A DNA stretch of 64,000 nucleotides from Candidatus Omnitrophota bacterium (GTDB lineage: Bacteria; Omnitrophota; Gorgyraeia; Pluralincolimonadales; CAZUZR01): contig JBDRDF010000032.1 of NCBI GenBank assembly GCA_043821025.1, positions 11,261 through 75,260 of the forward strand, in the 5' to 3' direction. The position numbers and the translations under genes were made by a program. Below the pieces are notes generated by a model. It saw only the letters and a list, made by a program, of their open reading frames with translations. It searched no databases and was not told the DNA's origin. Below are positions 1 to 9,120 of this stretch, in pieces. Every line of letters starts with the position of its first letter. The first letter of the stretch is position 1.

Positions 1-1
1 A

Positions 2-628
2 AGGTTAGCGATGGATTCTGCCGCGAGGTTCCTTTATCGCGAATATGGGCCTCTTTTACTTTATCCGGCTTTTTCAGAACCGAGTCAAAAAATAGGTTAT
101 ATCACCCGTTATGCACCCGGCGTAAGAGAAAACGGCGGTGTTTATACTCACGCCGCAACATGGGCGATTATGGCGGAGTGTATAAGAAAGAATCCAGAAA
201 AGGCATATGAGCTTTACTCCAAGATTTGCCCTATAAAAAGAGGAAACGAGCCTGATTTTTATAAAGCCGAGCCATACGTTACTCCGGGAAATACCGATGG
301 CATTGACTCGGCTAATTTTGGGATGGGTAGCTGGTCCTGGTATACTGGTTCGGCAGCTTGGTTGTACAGAGTTTCTACTAATTGGATTTTAGGGATCCGT
401 CCAACCCCGGAAGGACTTTTAATAGACCCCTGTATTCCAAAAGAATGGGATGGGTTTGAGATTACAAGGAAATTTAGAAAAGCAACTTATAAAATAATCG
501 TATCTAATAAAAGGCATGTATCCTATGGAGTGAAGGAAATAACCCTCGACGGTAGAAGATTGGATAGTAATCTAGTCCCAACCCCAAAGAACAACAGAAC
601 CCATCTTGTAAAAATCACTCTTGGTTGA
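2..628 (+). CDS. GH94-family glycoside phosphorylase, C-terminal part (begins before the window)
   Basis: Frame is open to the window edge. Motifs PGVRENGGVYTHAATW, YKAEPYV, WSWYTGSAAW and GLLIDPCIP are typical of GH94/NdvB-like C-termini. Confidence 0.9.
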   Translation, partial: RLAMDSAARFLYREYGPLLLYPAFSEPSQKIGYITRYAPGVRENGGVYTHAATWAIMAECIRKNPEKAYELYSKICPIKRGNEPDFYKAEPYVTPGNTDGIDSANFGMGSWSWYTGSAAWLYRVSTNWILGIRPTPEGLLIDPCIPKEWDGFEITRKFRKATYKIIVSNKRHVSYGVKEITLDGRRLDSNLVPTPKNNRTHLVKITLG

Positions 629-636
629 ATAATAAC

Positions 637-1767
637 ATGAAAAGAACAATTGCATTTATATTTTTATTTAACTTGTTACTTTTATTGGCGACCAGCGCTC
701 GCGCAGATACTATACATATGAAGAATAAACGTATTCTAACAGGCGTGATAAAAGAGGAAAGCGATACAGCCGTTGTCGTAGATATAGGTATAGGAAAAGT
801 CACAATTTTAAAGAGCGATATCGAATCTATCGAGAAGGCAGGCACTGAAGAACAGGAAGAATTGGTCACGGACTTCAAAAAAAGAGAGATTGAAAAAGGA
901 ACGTTCATACCTCCGGGCCTAGAAGATATAGCTAATAGGTACCAAGAATTGAAGCGCGATAAAAATAAGGTTGATGTCGAAAGGAGCCAATTCACTTCGT
1001 TAAAAAAAGAGTTCAACGAAAAGAAAGAGAAATTTAACTCCTTGCTGTCGACCTTTAACGCAAAGAATCAGGAGCTTAGAAATTTGGACCCGAACCGCGA
1101 TGTTAAGTACTACAATAAGGTGGTAAGCGACGTAAATTCCCTGAACGCAAAGCTCGCTTTGCTGTCCGATGATCTTTTGAAGTTGAACGACAAATATCCT
1201 CTCTACAGTCAGGCGGTACAGAAAACCATAATAAAATATAAAGACAGTTTGGTGAGTTTCAAGATATATTTTGAGAAAGAGTCAAAAGCCGCTAAAGGAA
1301 AGGAACTTACAGGGGACGAAGTTTGCTTTTATGATACGATTGGCGAGGCGACTGCGAATCTAGAAAAGAGTCTAAGAAAAGATTCTATAGCCCTTGTTAA
1401 ATCTTCCGGAAACCTTGTAGTGGAAGTCAAGCTGAACGATACAGTAATGTGCCTAATGGCAGTAGATACTGGAGCAAGCCTAGTTACTATTTCGAGAAGC
1501 ATTGCCAGTCAGCTTGAGATAGATTTTGGCGGCGAACGAAACGAAATAGAGATGTTGCTTGCTGATGGAAGCAAAGCAAAAGCCAGAATGGTTAACTTAA
1601 AGAGCGTAGCGGTTGGCAATTCAAGAGCGGAGGACATATTAGCCGCGGTAATGGATAGGGCGCCTGGACCCGGAATCGACGGGCTTCTCGGAATGTCTTT
1701 TTTGGATAATTTCAGCGTAAAGATAGATTCTGTTAACAATGCCCTCATCTTAGAGACCATCGAATAA
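637..1767 (+). CDS. Secreted clan AA (retropepsin-like) aspartic protease with coiled-coil middle region
   Basis: Signal peptide MKRTIAF...SARA, catalytic VDTGAS and C-terminal GLLGMSFL. ATG 637 preferred over TTG 625. Confidence 0.85.
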   Translation: MKRTIAFIFLFNLLLLLATSARADTIHMKNKRILTGVIKEESDTAVVVDIGIGKVTILKSDIESIEKAGTEEQEELVTDFKKREIEKGTFIPPGLEDIANRYQELKRDKNKVDVERSQFTSLKKEFNEKKEKFNSLLSTFNAKNQELRNLDPNRDVKYYNKVVSDVNSLNAKLALLSDDLLKLNDKYPLYSQAVQKTIIKYKDSLVSFKIYFEKESKAAKGKELTGDEVCFYDTIGEATANLEKSLRKDSIALVKSSGNLVVEVKLNDTVMCLMAVDTGASLVTISRSIASQLEIDFGGERNEIEMLLADGSKAKARMVNLKSVAVGNSRAEDILAAVMDRAPGPGIDGLLGMSFLDNFSVKIDSVNNALILETIE

Positions 1768-1786
1768 CGAGGGCTTATTTTTTGAC

Positions 1787-1815
1787 TTGAAAACTTAAAT
1801 GGATCGGAGTAAAAT
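1787..1815 (+). promoter_or_regulatory. Putative sigma70 promoter
   Basis: TTGAAA (1787-1792), 17 nt spacer, TAAAAT (1810-1815), upstream of a GGAGGGG SD and ATG 1840. Confidence 0.5.
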
Positions 1816-1839
1816 AACTGCAAGACTAGGAAGGAGGGG

Positions 1840-2433
1840 ATGGGTACTATGATGAAAATTCTAATGTCAATAACTTTAGTGACAACATTTATCTTGTTAT
1901 TTATCACAACCGCTTTAGCAGCGACTTTAGTCGTAGCCGACTTCGACTTAGGAGATAAGCCCAACAATATAGGAGGCGACTTCGGCGCTTGGAATAAGGA
2001 CGAGTCCGATGACAGCCAAGGATGCAAAAATTCCTTCAACTCCGATATAAAGCACAGCACAAGGGGTTACTCAGTCCAACTCGACTACGACGTTGATTCC
2101 CCACGTCCCGCCTACAACGGCTTTTGGATGGAGCTCGAAGGTCAGAATATCTCTAAGTTCGACAAATTATCTTTATGGATAAAAGGAGATGATGTATCCG
2201 GTTTCTCCAAGAAGATAAAGTTGGAACTGAAAAACACCAAAGGCGAGGTCGGAAAGTATACCATAACCAACCTAACCAAGGACTGGCAACAGGTAAATAT
2301 CCCCCTTAAGGAATTCAAGGGCCTAAACGACCTTAAATCCATGACCGAATTCGTCATCGTCTTCGATGACATCACCTGTGCAGCCAAGAAGACGGGGACG
2401 ATATACATAGACGATATAGCGTTTGTGAAGTAA
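1840..2433 (+). CDS. Secreted single-domain CBM11/CIA30-like carbohydrate-binding protein
   Basis: Signal peptide; VADFD, LSLWIKG, DWQQVNIPLKEF and GTIYIDDIAF form the pattern of a galactose-binding-like jelly roll. Confidence 0.75.
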   Translation: MGTMMKILMSITLVTTFILLFITTALAATLVVADFDLGDKPNNIGGDFGAWNKDESDDSQGCKNSFNSDIKHSTRGYSVQLDYDVDSPRPAYNGFWMELEGQNISKFDKLSLWIKGDDVSGFSKKIKLELKNTKGEVGKYTITNLTKDWQQVNIPLKEFKGLNDLKSMTEFVIVFDDITCAAKKTGTIYIDDIAFVK

Positions 2434-2572
2434 CTTTTAGTTTTATAAGTTAGGTTTAAAGAGGGATAAATTGAGAAGAAAGAAATATCGTATCATTTTT
2501 CTTTCTATTTTTATCCCTTTTTTGTTTTTGGGGATGAATAAAATTTTCGCAATTTCTAAAGGAGGAGAAAAG

Positions 2573-3187
2573 ATGTTAGAAGGAATCGAATGGTTAGGCC
2601 ATGCGACGTTTAAATTGGCCAAGGGTGGCAAGGCAGTTTATATCGATCCGTGGAAGATAAGGTCGAAAGATACTGCCGATGTAATCTGTATCACCCATTC
2701 ACATTACGACCACCTGTCAGTTGAAGATATAAAGAAACTACAAGGAAAGGATACAGTTATAGTTGCCACCGCCGATTCAGCGAAGACGATCCCAGGAAAC
2801 GTAAAAATTGTAAAGCCCGGCGACAAGGTCGAGGTAAATGACATAAAAGTCGAGGCGGTTGCGGCGTATAATGTAAATAAACAATTTCACCCGAAGGCGA
2901 ATGGTTGGGTTGGGTATATAATAACGCTTCCGGACGGCACAAGATTTTATCATGCTGGCGATACAGATTACATTCCTGAAATGAAAGATGTAAAGACCGA
3001 TATCGCCGTATTTCCAGTTGGCGGGACTTATACTATGGATGCGCAAGAAGCCGCAAAAGCAGCCAATGCGATACGGCCGAAGTTAGCGATATCTATGCAT
3101 TGGGGAACGATAGTAGGAAGCGAAAGAGACGCCGAAACTTTTAAGAAAAACTGCCAAGTTGAGGTTGTGATTTTGGAACAGAGATAG
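2573..3187 (+). CDS. Metallo-beta-lactamase-fold hydrolase (UlaG-like); alternative longer start at TTG 2471
   Basis: WLGHATF, THSHYDH, HAGDT and MHWG motifs; strong AAGGAGG SD before ATG 2573. Confidence 0.85.
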   Translation: MLEGIEWLGHATFKLAKGGKAVYIDPWKIRSKDTADVICITHSHYDHLSVEDIKKLQGKDTVIVATADSAKTIPGNVKIVKPGDKVEVNDIKVEAVAAYNVNKQFHPKANGWVGYIITLPDGTRFYHAGDTDYIPEMKDVKTDIAVFPVGGTYTMDAQEAAKAANAIRPKLAISMHWGTIVGSERDAETFKKNCQVEVVILEQR

Positions 3188-3191
3188 GGCT

Positions 3192-3893
3192 ATGCCTAAA
3201 GAAAATATACACGAGGATAATATAGAAGAAAAAGCCAAATTAGAGGCAAGGGTTCGCCGTGAGGTGATGAACCTTTTTATTGAAGAAGCCAAATTAGAGG
3301 CAAGGGCGAAGGAGCAAAAGCAAAGGTTGCTTGAAGAGAAAGAGGAAAAATTAAAAAATAAGACGGCAAAATCAGAGGTCGCTTCTAAAAAAGAAGCGCA
3401 GATCATTAAGATCTCCCCAAAAGAAGAACAACTCGAATTGGATTTAGAAGCGCTTAAGGCTAAAGCGAAAATAGACGACAGGATAAAACGCGAAAAGCGA
3501 AAGGGAAAGAGGATAATTCAAGGGGCCTTCGTTTTGTGCGCTATAATTATTTTGACAACGATAGCGATTTTGAATTCCCCGAAGGAAGTGACTGCGCAAT
3601 ACGACTTAGTTAAAATAAAAGAGTGTCTGCAAAGATCGTCTTCCTATTACGGTCAATTTAAAGTTGAAGATGTAATATTATCTGGCGAGAATCCATCCGC
3701 GACTTTAAGCTTAGGATTTTCTCCAACGACAGAAAGCGATTTAAAAGATTTTGTCGAATCGCTAGTAAAAAGATATACCATGGCCCGTCCCGGAGAGAAG
3801 ATTGACCTTCTTTTAAAAAGAGACCAAAGGGTCTATGCAAAGGCAAGTTATATCCCCCGCACAAATACAATAGATATAGAACTTATGAAATAA
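3192..3893 (+). CDS. Hypothetical protein: charged coiled-coil N-terminus, single TM helix, C-terminal domain
   Basis: 233-aa ORF with hydrophobic segment IIQGAFVLCAIIILTTIAIL; TAATG coupling to the next gene. Confidence 0.7.
   Translation: MPKENIHEDNIEEKAKLEARVRREVMNLFIEEAKLEARAKEQKQRLLEEKEEKLKNKTAKSEVASKKEAQIIKISPKEEQLELDLEALKAKAKIDDRIKREKRKGKRIIQGAFVLCAIIILTTIAILNSPKEVTAQYDLVKIKECLQRSSSYYGQFKVEDVILSGENPSATLSLGFSPTTESDLKDFVESLVKRYTMARPGEKIDLLLKRDQRVYAKASYIPRTNTIDIELMK
3232..3306 (+). repeat. 21-bp perfect direct repeat within the CDS
   Basis: AAGCCAAATTAGAGGCAAGGG at 3232-3252 and 3286-3306, encoding AKLEAR twice. Confidence 0.9.
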
Positions 3894-4936
3894 TGCCGCT
3901 CCTTATCGGATTAGTTTTCGATTTAAAGCCCGTAGTTAAATCGATTAAAAAGCCAAATGATTTCTTAGCGGAGTTCGATACCGAAGAGACGATATCCTCT
4001 ATAGAAAATGCTTTGGCTAGATGCGGTAGTAGCGTCCTTAAGATCGGCTCGGCTAAAAGTCTTCTTGAGGTACTGCCCCGACTTCAATGCGATATCATCT
4101 TCAATATAGCTGAAGGCGAAGATGGTAGGAATCGAGAGTCGCAGGTCCCCGCGATTTTAGAAGTGGTGGATATTCCATACGTCGGCTCGGATGCGTTAAC
4201 ATTGGCAATTTCGCTAGATAAGGTATTTGCTAAAAGGATATTCGCTTATCATAACATCCCCACCCCTCGTTACTTTGAATGCAAGGACGAACGTAATATA
4301 GTCGTGTCAAAAGGATTAAATTTCCCCCTCATCGTAAAACCGAGATATGAAGGTTCTGCAAAGGGAATTACGCCCGATTCTAAAGTTAGCAGTGATAGGG
4401 AGCTTAAAAGACAGGTCAAGCGTATCATTAAAATCTACGATCAACCTGCACTTGTTGAGGAGTTCATTAGCGACAGGGAATTTACCGTTGGGATAATCGG
4501 AAATGAAAATCCTTTGATCTTTCCAGTTGTGCAAAGGCATTTAGAAGCAAAGACAAATTTAAGCAGTCATATTTTTGAGAAGTGCGGATACGATAAGAGC
4601 CGTTTAAAGTATCAAGAGCTGTCCGAGATAGAATCGGATTTGGAGTTAGAGATTAAACGCTTGAGCCTTGAAGCATTCCGCGCCATTGAATGTAGGGATT
4701 TTGCAAGAGTCGATTTTCGGGTGGGCAGTTGTGCTTCGACGCAAGGAAATGAAAAAATTTATGTTTTAGAAATAAACCCTTTGCCATCTCTTGCAACGGA
4801 CGATTATTTCGCTTTATCTGCCGAATCCTTTGGCATGTCCTATGATGAGATGATAAATATGATTTTGGAGGCCGCCGTTAAGAGGTACGAATGTCTACAA
4901 AAGACGTATACTCATATCCAGAATATTGCGAGATAG
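3893..4936 (+). CDS. ATP-grasp ligase, D-Ala-D-Ala ligase-like (non-canonical subfamily)
   Basis: FNIAEG, GRNRESQVP, YVGSD, IVKPRYEGSAKGI, RDFARVDFR and LEINPLPSL motifs. Confidence 0.85.
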   Translation: MPLLIGLVFDLKPVVKSIKKPNDFLAEFDTEETISSIENALARCGSSVLKIGSAKSLLEVLPRLQCDIIFNIAEGEDGRNRESQVPAILEVVDIPYVGSDALTLAISLDKVFAKRIFAYHNIPTPRYFECKDERNIVVSKGLNFPLIVKPRYEGSAKGITPDSKVSSDRELKRQVKRIIKIYDQPALVEEFISDREFTVGIIGNENPLIFPVVQRHLEAKTNLSSHIFEKCGYDKSRLKYQELSEIESDLELEIKRLSLEAFRAIECRDFARVDFRVGSCASTQGNEKIYVLEINPLPSLATDDYFALSAESFGMSYDEMINMILEAAVKRYECLQKTYTHIQNIAR

Positions 4937-5679
4937 CGTATAACTGGGATAGGACCCCTGAATGCGATTTCATCGAGGAGTGCATCAGGCGATATTCATC
5001 AATTAGTGTCAATTCAATTCTGGACATCGCTTGTGGGACAGGCATCATCTTAAGGGAATTTGCAAGGCGAGGGTATAAAGCACTGGGTTTGGATAAATCC
5101 AGGGAGATGGTCGAATTCGTTAATAGAAAAGCAACGCTCGAAGGGCTCGACTTAAAATGCGTCCATTCGGATATGAGGAGTTTTCAGCTAGGCGATAAGT
5201 ACGGTTGTGTGATTTGCATGCTCGATTCATTTAGATATCTGTTGACCGACGATGATATATTATCACATTTTAGGTCGGTCGCCAAAGAGTTGAAAGTAGG
5301 CGGCCTTTATATATTAGATTTCTGGATGCCTAAAGATGAAAATGTAATTGAATGGGAAGAGGCACGTTGGGTTCAGCAAGATAAAGATATATCGATAGAT
5401 GCTACATATCGGCAGCTCGCCCATACGTTCAGTCCGAAAGATAAGATATTCAAGGATGAATTAATTTTTAGGATAAGGAGTCCAAAATTCAATTCCACGA
5501 TAAACGGGCGCACAAAGACAAGGCTTTTGTTTCTTAGCGAACTTAAGGAACTCGTCAGAAAATCGGAGCTTTTTAATTATATCGATAGATTTTATAATTT
5601 TGACTTTGACTTAAAAGAAGGTTATAATATTAAACCGATAAGGACGAACATAATATTGAGGAGAAAGGGGGAAGATTAA
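4891..5679 (+). CDS. Class I SAM-dependent methyltransferase
   Basis: ILDIACGTG motif I, GLDKSREM and DMR motifs. Confidence 0.9.
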   Translation: MSTKDVYSYPEYCEIAYNWDRTPECDFIEECIRRYSSISVNSILDIACGTGIILREFARRGYKALGLDKSREMVEFVNRKATLEGLDLKCVHSDMRSFQLGDKYGCVICMLDSFRYLLTDDDILSHFRSVAKELKVGGLYILDFWMPKDENVIEWEEARWVQQDKDISIDATYRQLAHTFSPKDKIFKDELIFRIRSPKFNSTINGRTKTRLLFLSELKELVRKSELFNYIDRFYNFDFDLKEGYNIKPIRTNIILRRKGED

Positions 5680-5683
5680 AAAG

Positions 5684-6031
5684 ATGCGAACGAATATTTT
5701 AAAATACGGAGTAATTTCATACTTGTTCGCCATTTTAATTTATATCGTTGGTTGTGCTGGGATACAACCGCCTCCCCTTAAGGAAGTTTTAAAACATCCG
5801 TTTGGGACAACGGATTTAAGGATCGGGATGCCGAAGGACCAAATTTTGGCGGCTTGGGGTGAACCCGATGTTAAGGAATATGACGAGGCGGGTAAATGGG
5901 GCGTAGCGAAGGAGAAGTGGACGTATTACGGAAGGTATAAAAATTTGCCTGCCGACATGGGCTATCTCTCAAAGGCGAAATATCTCTATTTCGATGGAAA
6001 TATATTGGTTAAATTTGAAGGGGAAGAATAA
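5684..6031 (+). CDS. Small lipoprotein (BamE/SmpA-like repeat signature)
   Basis: Lipobox IVG-C after a hydrophobic stretch; LRIGMPKDQILAAWGEP...EKWTY...LYFDG. Confidence 0.7.
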   Translation: MRTNILKYGVISYLFAILIYIVGCAGIQPPPLKEVLKHPFGTTDLRIGMPKDQILAAWGEPDVKEYDEAGKWGVAKEKWTYYGRYKNLPADMGYLSKAKYLYFDGNILVKFEGEE

Positions 6032-6036
6032 AAATT

Positions 6037-6213
6037 ATGCTAACCGCATTTAATTGTTGCGTTCAATGCCAAAATTTTTTGGCCTGTAACACACGCACAG
6101 AGAATTACGAGAAAGAGTTATCGAGCGCCTGCTGTAATTCTTGTAGTAAATTAGACATATGCAAGATAGTCACCGAGAAGATAAAAACGGATACGAAAGG
6201 CATTATTCAGTAA
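6037..6213 (+). CDS. Small Cys-rich protein (58 aa, two CC-x2-C-x5-C motifs), absent from the ORF track
   Basis: Manual translation MLTAFNCCVQCQNFLACNTRTENYEKELSSACCNSCSKLDICKIVTEKIKTDTKGIIQ*. It starts 5 nt after the lipoprotein stop and fills the gap exactly. Confidence 0.7.
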   Translation: MLTAFNCCVQCQNFLACNTRTENYEKELSSACCNSCSKLDICKIVTEKIKTDTKGIIQ

Positions 6214-7552
6214 TCCCTGTGAATGCGAAATCTTTTATCAAAAGTGCGGGCACGTATGATGTTTCCATCTGCTGAGTTGGGTCGCCTACCAATTTCCTTT
6301 CCTTTGAAACGCTTCTGATATTCGAAAACGCTCTTAAAATACTCTCCGTGAACCTTAAATTTTTTAAAGGTTTCTTAATTTTTCCGTCCTCGATTAGAAA
6401 TGTGCCATCACGGGTCAGCCCCGTCATCAATGCTTCCGTTGGTTTAAGCAGGCCGTTTATATAATGAAATCTTGTAATAGATATCCCTCTTTTGATAGAC
6501 CTTCGCATATCTTCTATCGATGAATTTCCCGCCCCCATTATTAAATTAAAGGGAAGGGGACCTTCCACCTCATCTGGTAAAAGCGCATGTCCAGTCGAAC
6601 CCTTTTTGTATAGGGTGCCATAATGGCTATCGTAGACAACTCCTTTTGCTGCGCCCTGTTCTATAAGCATTACCTTCTTCTTCGGCGTTCCTTCAAAATC
6701 AAACGGATATATAATGGTTTGAGGATTTAATCCTTCGTCGGATATCGTTACCTCATCAGACATTATCTTCTCATCCATCCTCCCCGATAAGAACGAGGTC
6801 TTCTCATAAAGTTGCTTTGCTCCAAAACCGATATACCCAAGCCATTGCAGGATATCTCCCACTGCCTCGGGTTCTAAGAGGCAGTCGTATCGTCCTAATT
6901 TTATCGGTTGTGGATTTTTTCCGTCCATGCATTTTTTAATCGCCTCGTCGAGAATATTCTGCCAATCTATTTTAGATATGTCCCTCGATATAGCGCTACA
7001 AAATCCCGATGCCCTTCCATCCATCGCAATCAGTTTGAGCGCAGATATGGTTGAAGCTTGATATTTTGCATCTTTATATGAATTTACGACAGCGATTTCC
7101 TCTTCGCCGGTTATAAAAGAACCAGCAAGTTGCAACCCATATTTTTTTGTGGCGGTAAAAATACATGTTAAATTACGTATTCTTTGTTCAAATGAAAAAC
7201 CTATAGTATCTGGAAAAAAGGTCACGACCGAAGGGGTTGCCTCACCAGATGGAAATTTAAATTTGACCTTAGGTTTAGGAGAGACCTTTGCGATTTGAAT
7301 CGCTTTTTTTAATGCCTCTTTTAAATCTTCGGGTTTAAGCGAATTTGTAGATGATACCCCTATCCTCCCGTTTATGTCGATTTTGAAATATATATCTATA
7401 TCCGATTCCTCTATGTCTTGATGTATTCTAAAATTGTGGAATCTGGTGACTCTATCCAAGGTGGCATAACAGCAAATTAGCGTCTGGTCTGCTTTCGACC
7501 ATTTAAGTGCCTGGTTTAATGAATCAAGTAATCTTTCCTTGCCGATCATCAT
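6203..7552 (-). CDS. pmbA: TldE/PmbA-family metalloprotease partner subunit
   Basis: FDFEGTPKK, STGHA and LKNLRFTES; no HExxxH motif; lies directly downstream of tldD. Confidence 0.8.
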   Translation of the reverse strand: MMIGKERLLDSLNQALKWSKADQTLICCYATLDRVTRFHNFRIHQDIEESDIDIYFKIDINGRIGVSSTNSLKPEDLKEALKKAIQIAKVSPKPKVKFKFPSGEATPSVVTFFPDTIGFSFEQRIRNLTCIFTATKKYGLQLAGSFITGEEEIAVVNSYKDAKYQASTISALKLIAMDGRASGFCSAISRDISKIDWQNILDEAIKKCMDGKNPQPIKLGRYDCLLEPEAVGDILQWLGYIGFGAKQLYEKTSFLSGRMDEKIMSDEVTISDEGLNPQTIIYPFDFEGTPKKKVMLIEQGAAKGVVYDSHYGTLYKKGSTGHALLPDEVEGPLPFNLIMGAGNSSIEDMRRSIKRGISITRFHYINGLLKPTEALMTGLTRDGTFLIEDGKIKKPLKNLRFTESILRAFSNIRSVSKERKLVGDPTQQMETSYVPALLIKDFAFTGITE

Positions 7553-8988
7553 TTTTTTCTGCCGACTTGTACCTTTTCAAATTTGGCGGGCGAGACGCCG
7601 TGTCCGACGTGCATAGTCTGCCCTGGTTCTCCTTTGCCGCAATTCGGAACGCCATGCAATTTCCAATATTGCGAATTTGCGATCCCGCTACAACTTGCCC
7701 AAAACTTAGGCGTTATGCCCGTATAGCAAGGATTTTTTAGGACCTGGCCAATTTTGCCGTTTTTGATCTCCCAAGCGATTTCGGTGCCGAACTGAAAATT
7801 AAGACGTAAATCGTCAATCGACCAACTTTTATTGGTCGAAAGTAATATTCCATCTTTTGTATCCGAGACTAACTCTTCCAGCGTTGCATCACCCGGTTCC
7901 AAATTGATATTCGTCATCCTAATCAGAGGCAGGGCGCTGTAACTAGCAGCCCTCATCGCGCCAGTAGATTTCGTTCCTAATCTGTATGCGGTTTCCCTAG
8001 AACTTAAATATCCGATGAACAAACCATCTTTTATAATCGGAACTTTTTGCGCAGGCACACCTTCGTCGTCAAAGCCGAAACTTCCCACACCGCCTTCACA
8101 AGTGGCATCAGCGGTTATATTGACCAATTTTGAACCGTATCTAAATTTTCCTAATTTTTCCGGCGTTAAGAAACTTGCGCCGGCAAAACTTACTTCATCG
8201 CCAAACGCCCTATCCAATTCGACGGGATGTCCGCAGGATTCGTGAATTTGGAGAGCGAGTTGAGATGTGTCCAAAATCACCGTTGTGATCTTTACGGGGC
8301 ATTCCTTCGCTCGCAGTAGGCTTATTACCTCATTTTTTACTTTTTCCGCGCCTCCAACTAAATCGAGTTGTTTTGCATATTCATATCCTCTTTGCGCGAT
8401 GTTGCTATGTGGAAGCGGATAGGACCTGCGTTGGACCTCACCATCTAATACAGCGATTGCTTCGACATAACCGCCGCTTTCTATAAATTCCTGCTCTAAC
8501 TCAGAACCTTCTGTTGATACGAAAAATTTATATGTCCTAAAGAAGTCGAGCGATGCTAAAGCCGTCTTTATATTCGGATGGGATTTTAAAACTTGGCATG
8601 CCCACATTATGTAATCCAATTTTTTCTGCATAGGGACTTCAAGGGGGTCTATTTCGTATTTAGATTTGAAAGAGGATTTAATCGGTTCATTTCCCGCCAA
8701 ATATACCCTGCTTTTATTAATAGAAGCGGTTGCCCCGGCGATGGCGATTGCACGTTCGGCGGTCCTTTTTACGTTCTCTTTTGAAATCTCCGCGCACGAC
8801 GAGAAGCCCCAACTGCCCCATTTTAAGACACGGACGGAGAATCCTTCGTCGGTCATAGTGGATATATTTTCGACTTGCAGATTTTTGACGATTAAGGATT
8901 CGTGGGTATGTCTTACAAGACGGACGTCGGCGTAATCAACGCCTTTCCGCTTTAAGTATTTTATGCCGTCTTTTAATATCTCTTTCAT
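7549..8988 (-). CDS. tldD: TldD-family metalloprotease
   Basis: IHESCGH zinc motif, FDDEGVP, IRMTNINL and CGKGEPGQ. Confidence 0.9.
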   Translation of the reverse strand: MKEILKDGIKYLKRKGVDYADVRLVRHTHESLIVKNLQVENISTMTDEGFSVRVLKWGSWGFSSCAEISKENVKRTAERAIAIAGATASINKSRVYLAGNEPIKSSFKSKYEIDPLEVPMQKKLDYIMWACQVLKSHPNIKTALASLDFFRTYKFFVSTEGSELEQEFIESGGYVEAIAVLDGEVQRRSYPLPHSNIAQRGYEYAKQLDLVGGAEKVKNEVISLLRAKECPVKITTVILDTSQLALQIHESCGHPVELDRAFGDEVSFAGASFLTPEKLGKFRYGSKLVNITADATCEGGVGSFGFDDEGVPAQKVPIIKDGLFIGYLSSRETAYRLGTKSTGAMRAASYSALPLIRMTNINLEPGDATLEELVSDTKDGILLSTNKSWSIDDLRLNFQFGTEIAWEIKNGKIGQVLKNPCYTGITPKFWASCSGIANSQYWKLHGVPNCGKGEPGQTMHVGHGVSPAKFEKVQVGRKK

Positions 8989-9017
8989 AGTTAGTGCGAA
9001 TTCGCTTCGAGTTAAAT

Positions 9018-9045
9018 ATTATATCATCAATTTTACGTTTTGCAA
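9018..9045 (-). promoter_or_regulatory. Putative extended -10 promoter for tldD/E
   Basis: Minus strand reads TTGCAA, 16 nt spacer, TATAAT, with TGn immediately before the -10. Confidence 0.55.
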
Positions 9046-9082
9046 ATTTTATAGTCCGACGTAACTTAAGTAGAACGTTCGC

Positions 9083-9111
9083 TTTACTTGAAATATTTTA
9101 TCTGGTATAAT
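9083..9111 (+). promoter_or_regulatory. Putative extended -10 promoter for the circularly permuted ATP-grasp gene
   Basis: TTTACT, 17 nt spacer, TATAAT (9106-9111) with TGG extension; ATG 9121 lies 9 nt downstream. Confidence 0.55.
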
Positions 9112-9120
9112 TTGCGTAAA

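Noticed and set aside
3893-4936. Calling this gene canonical ddl
   Set aside because: The N-terminus lacks the GG.S.E..VS motif and there is no cell-wall gene context.
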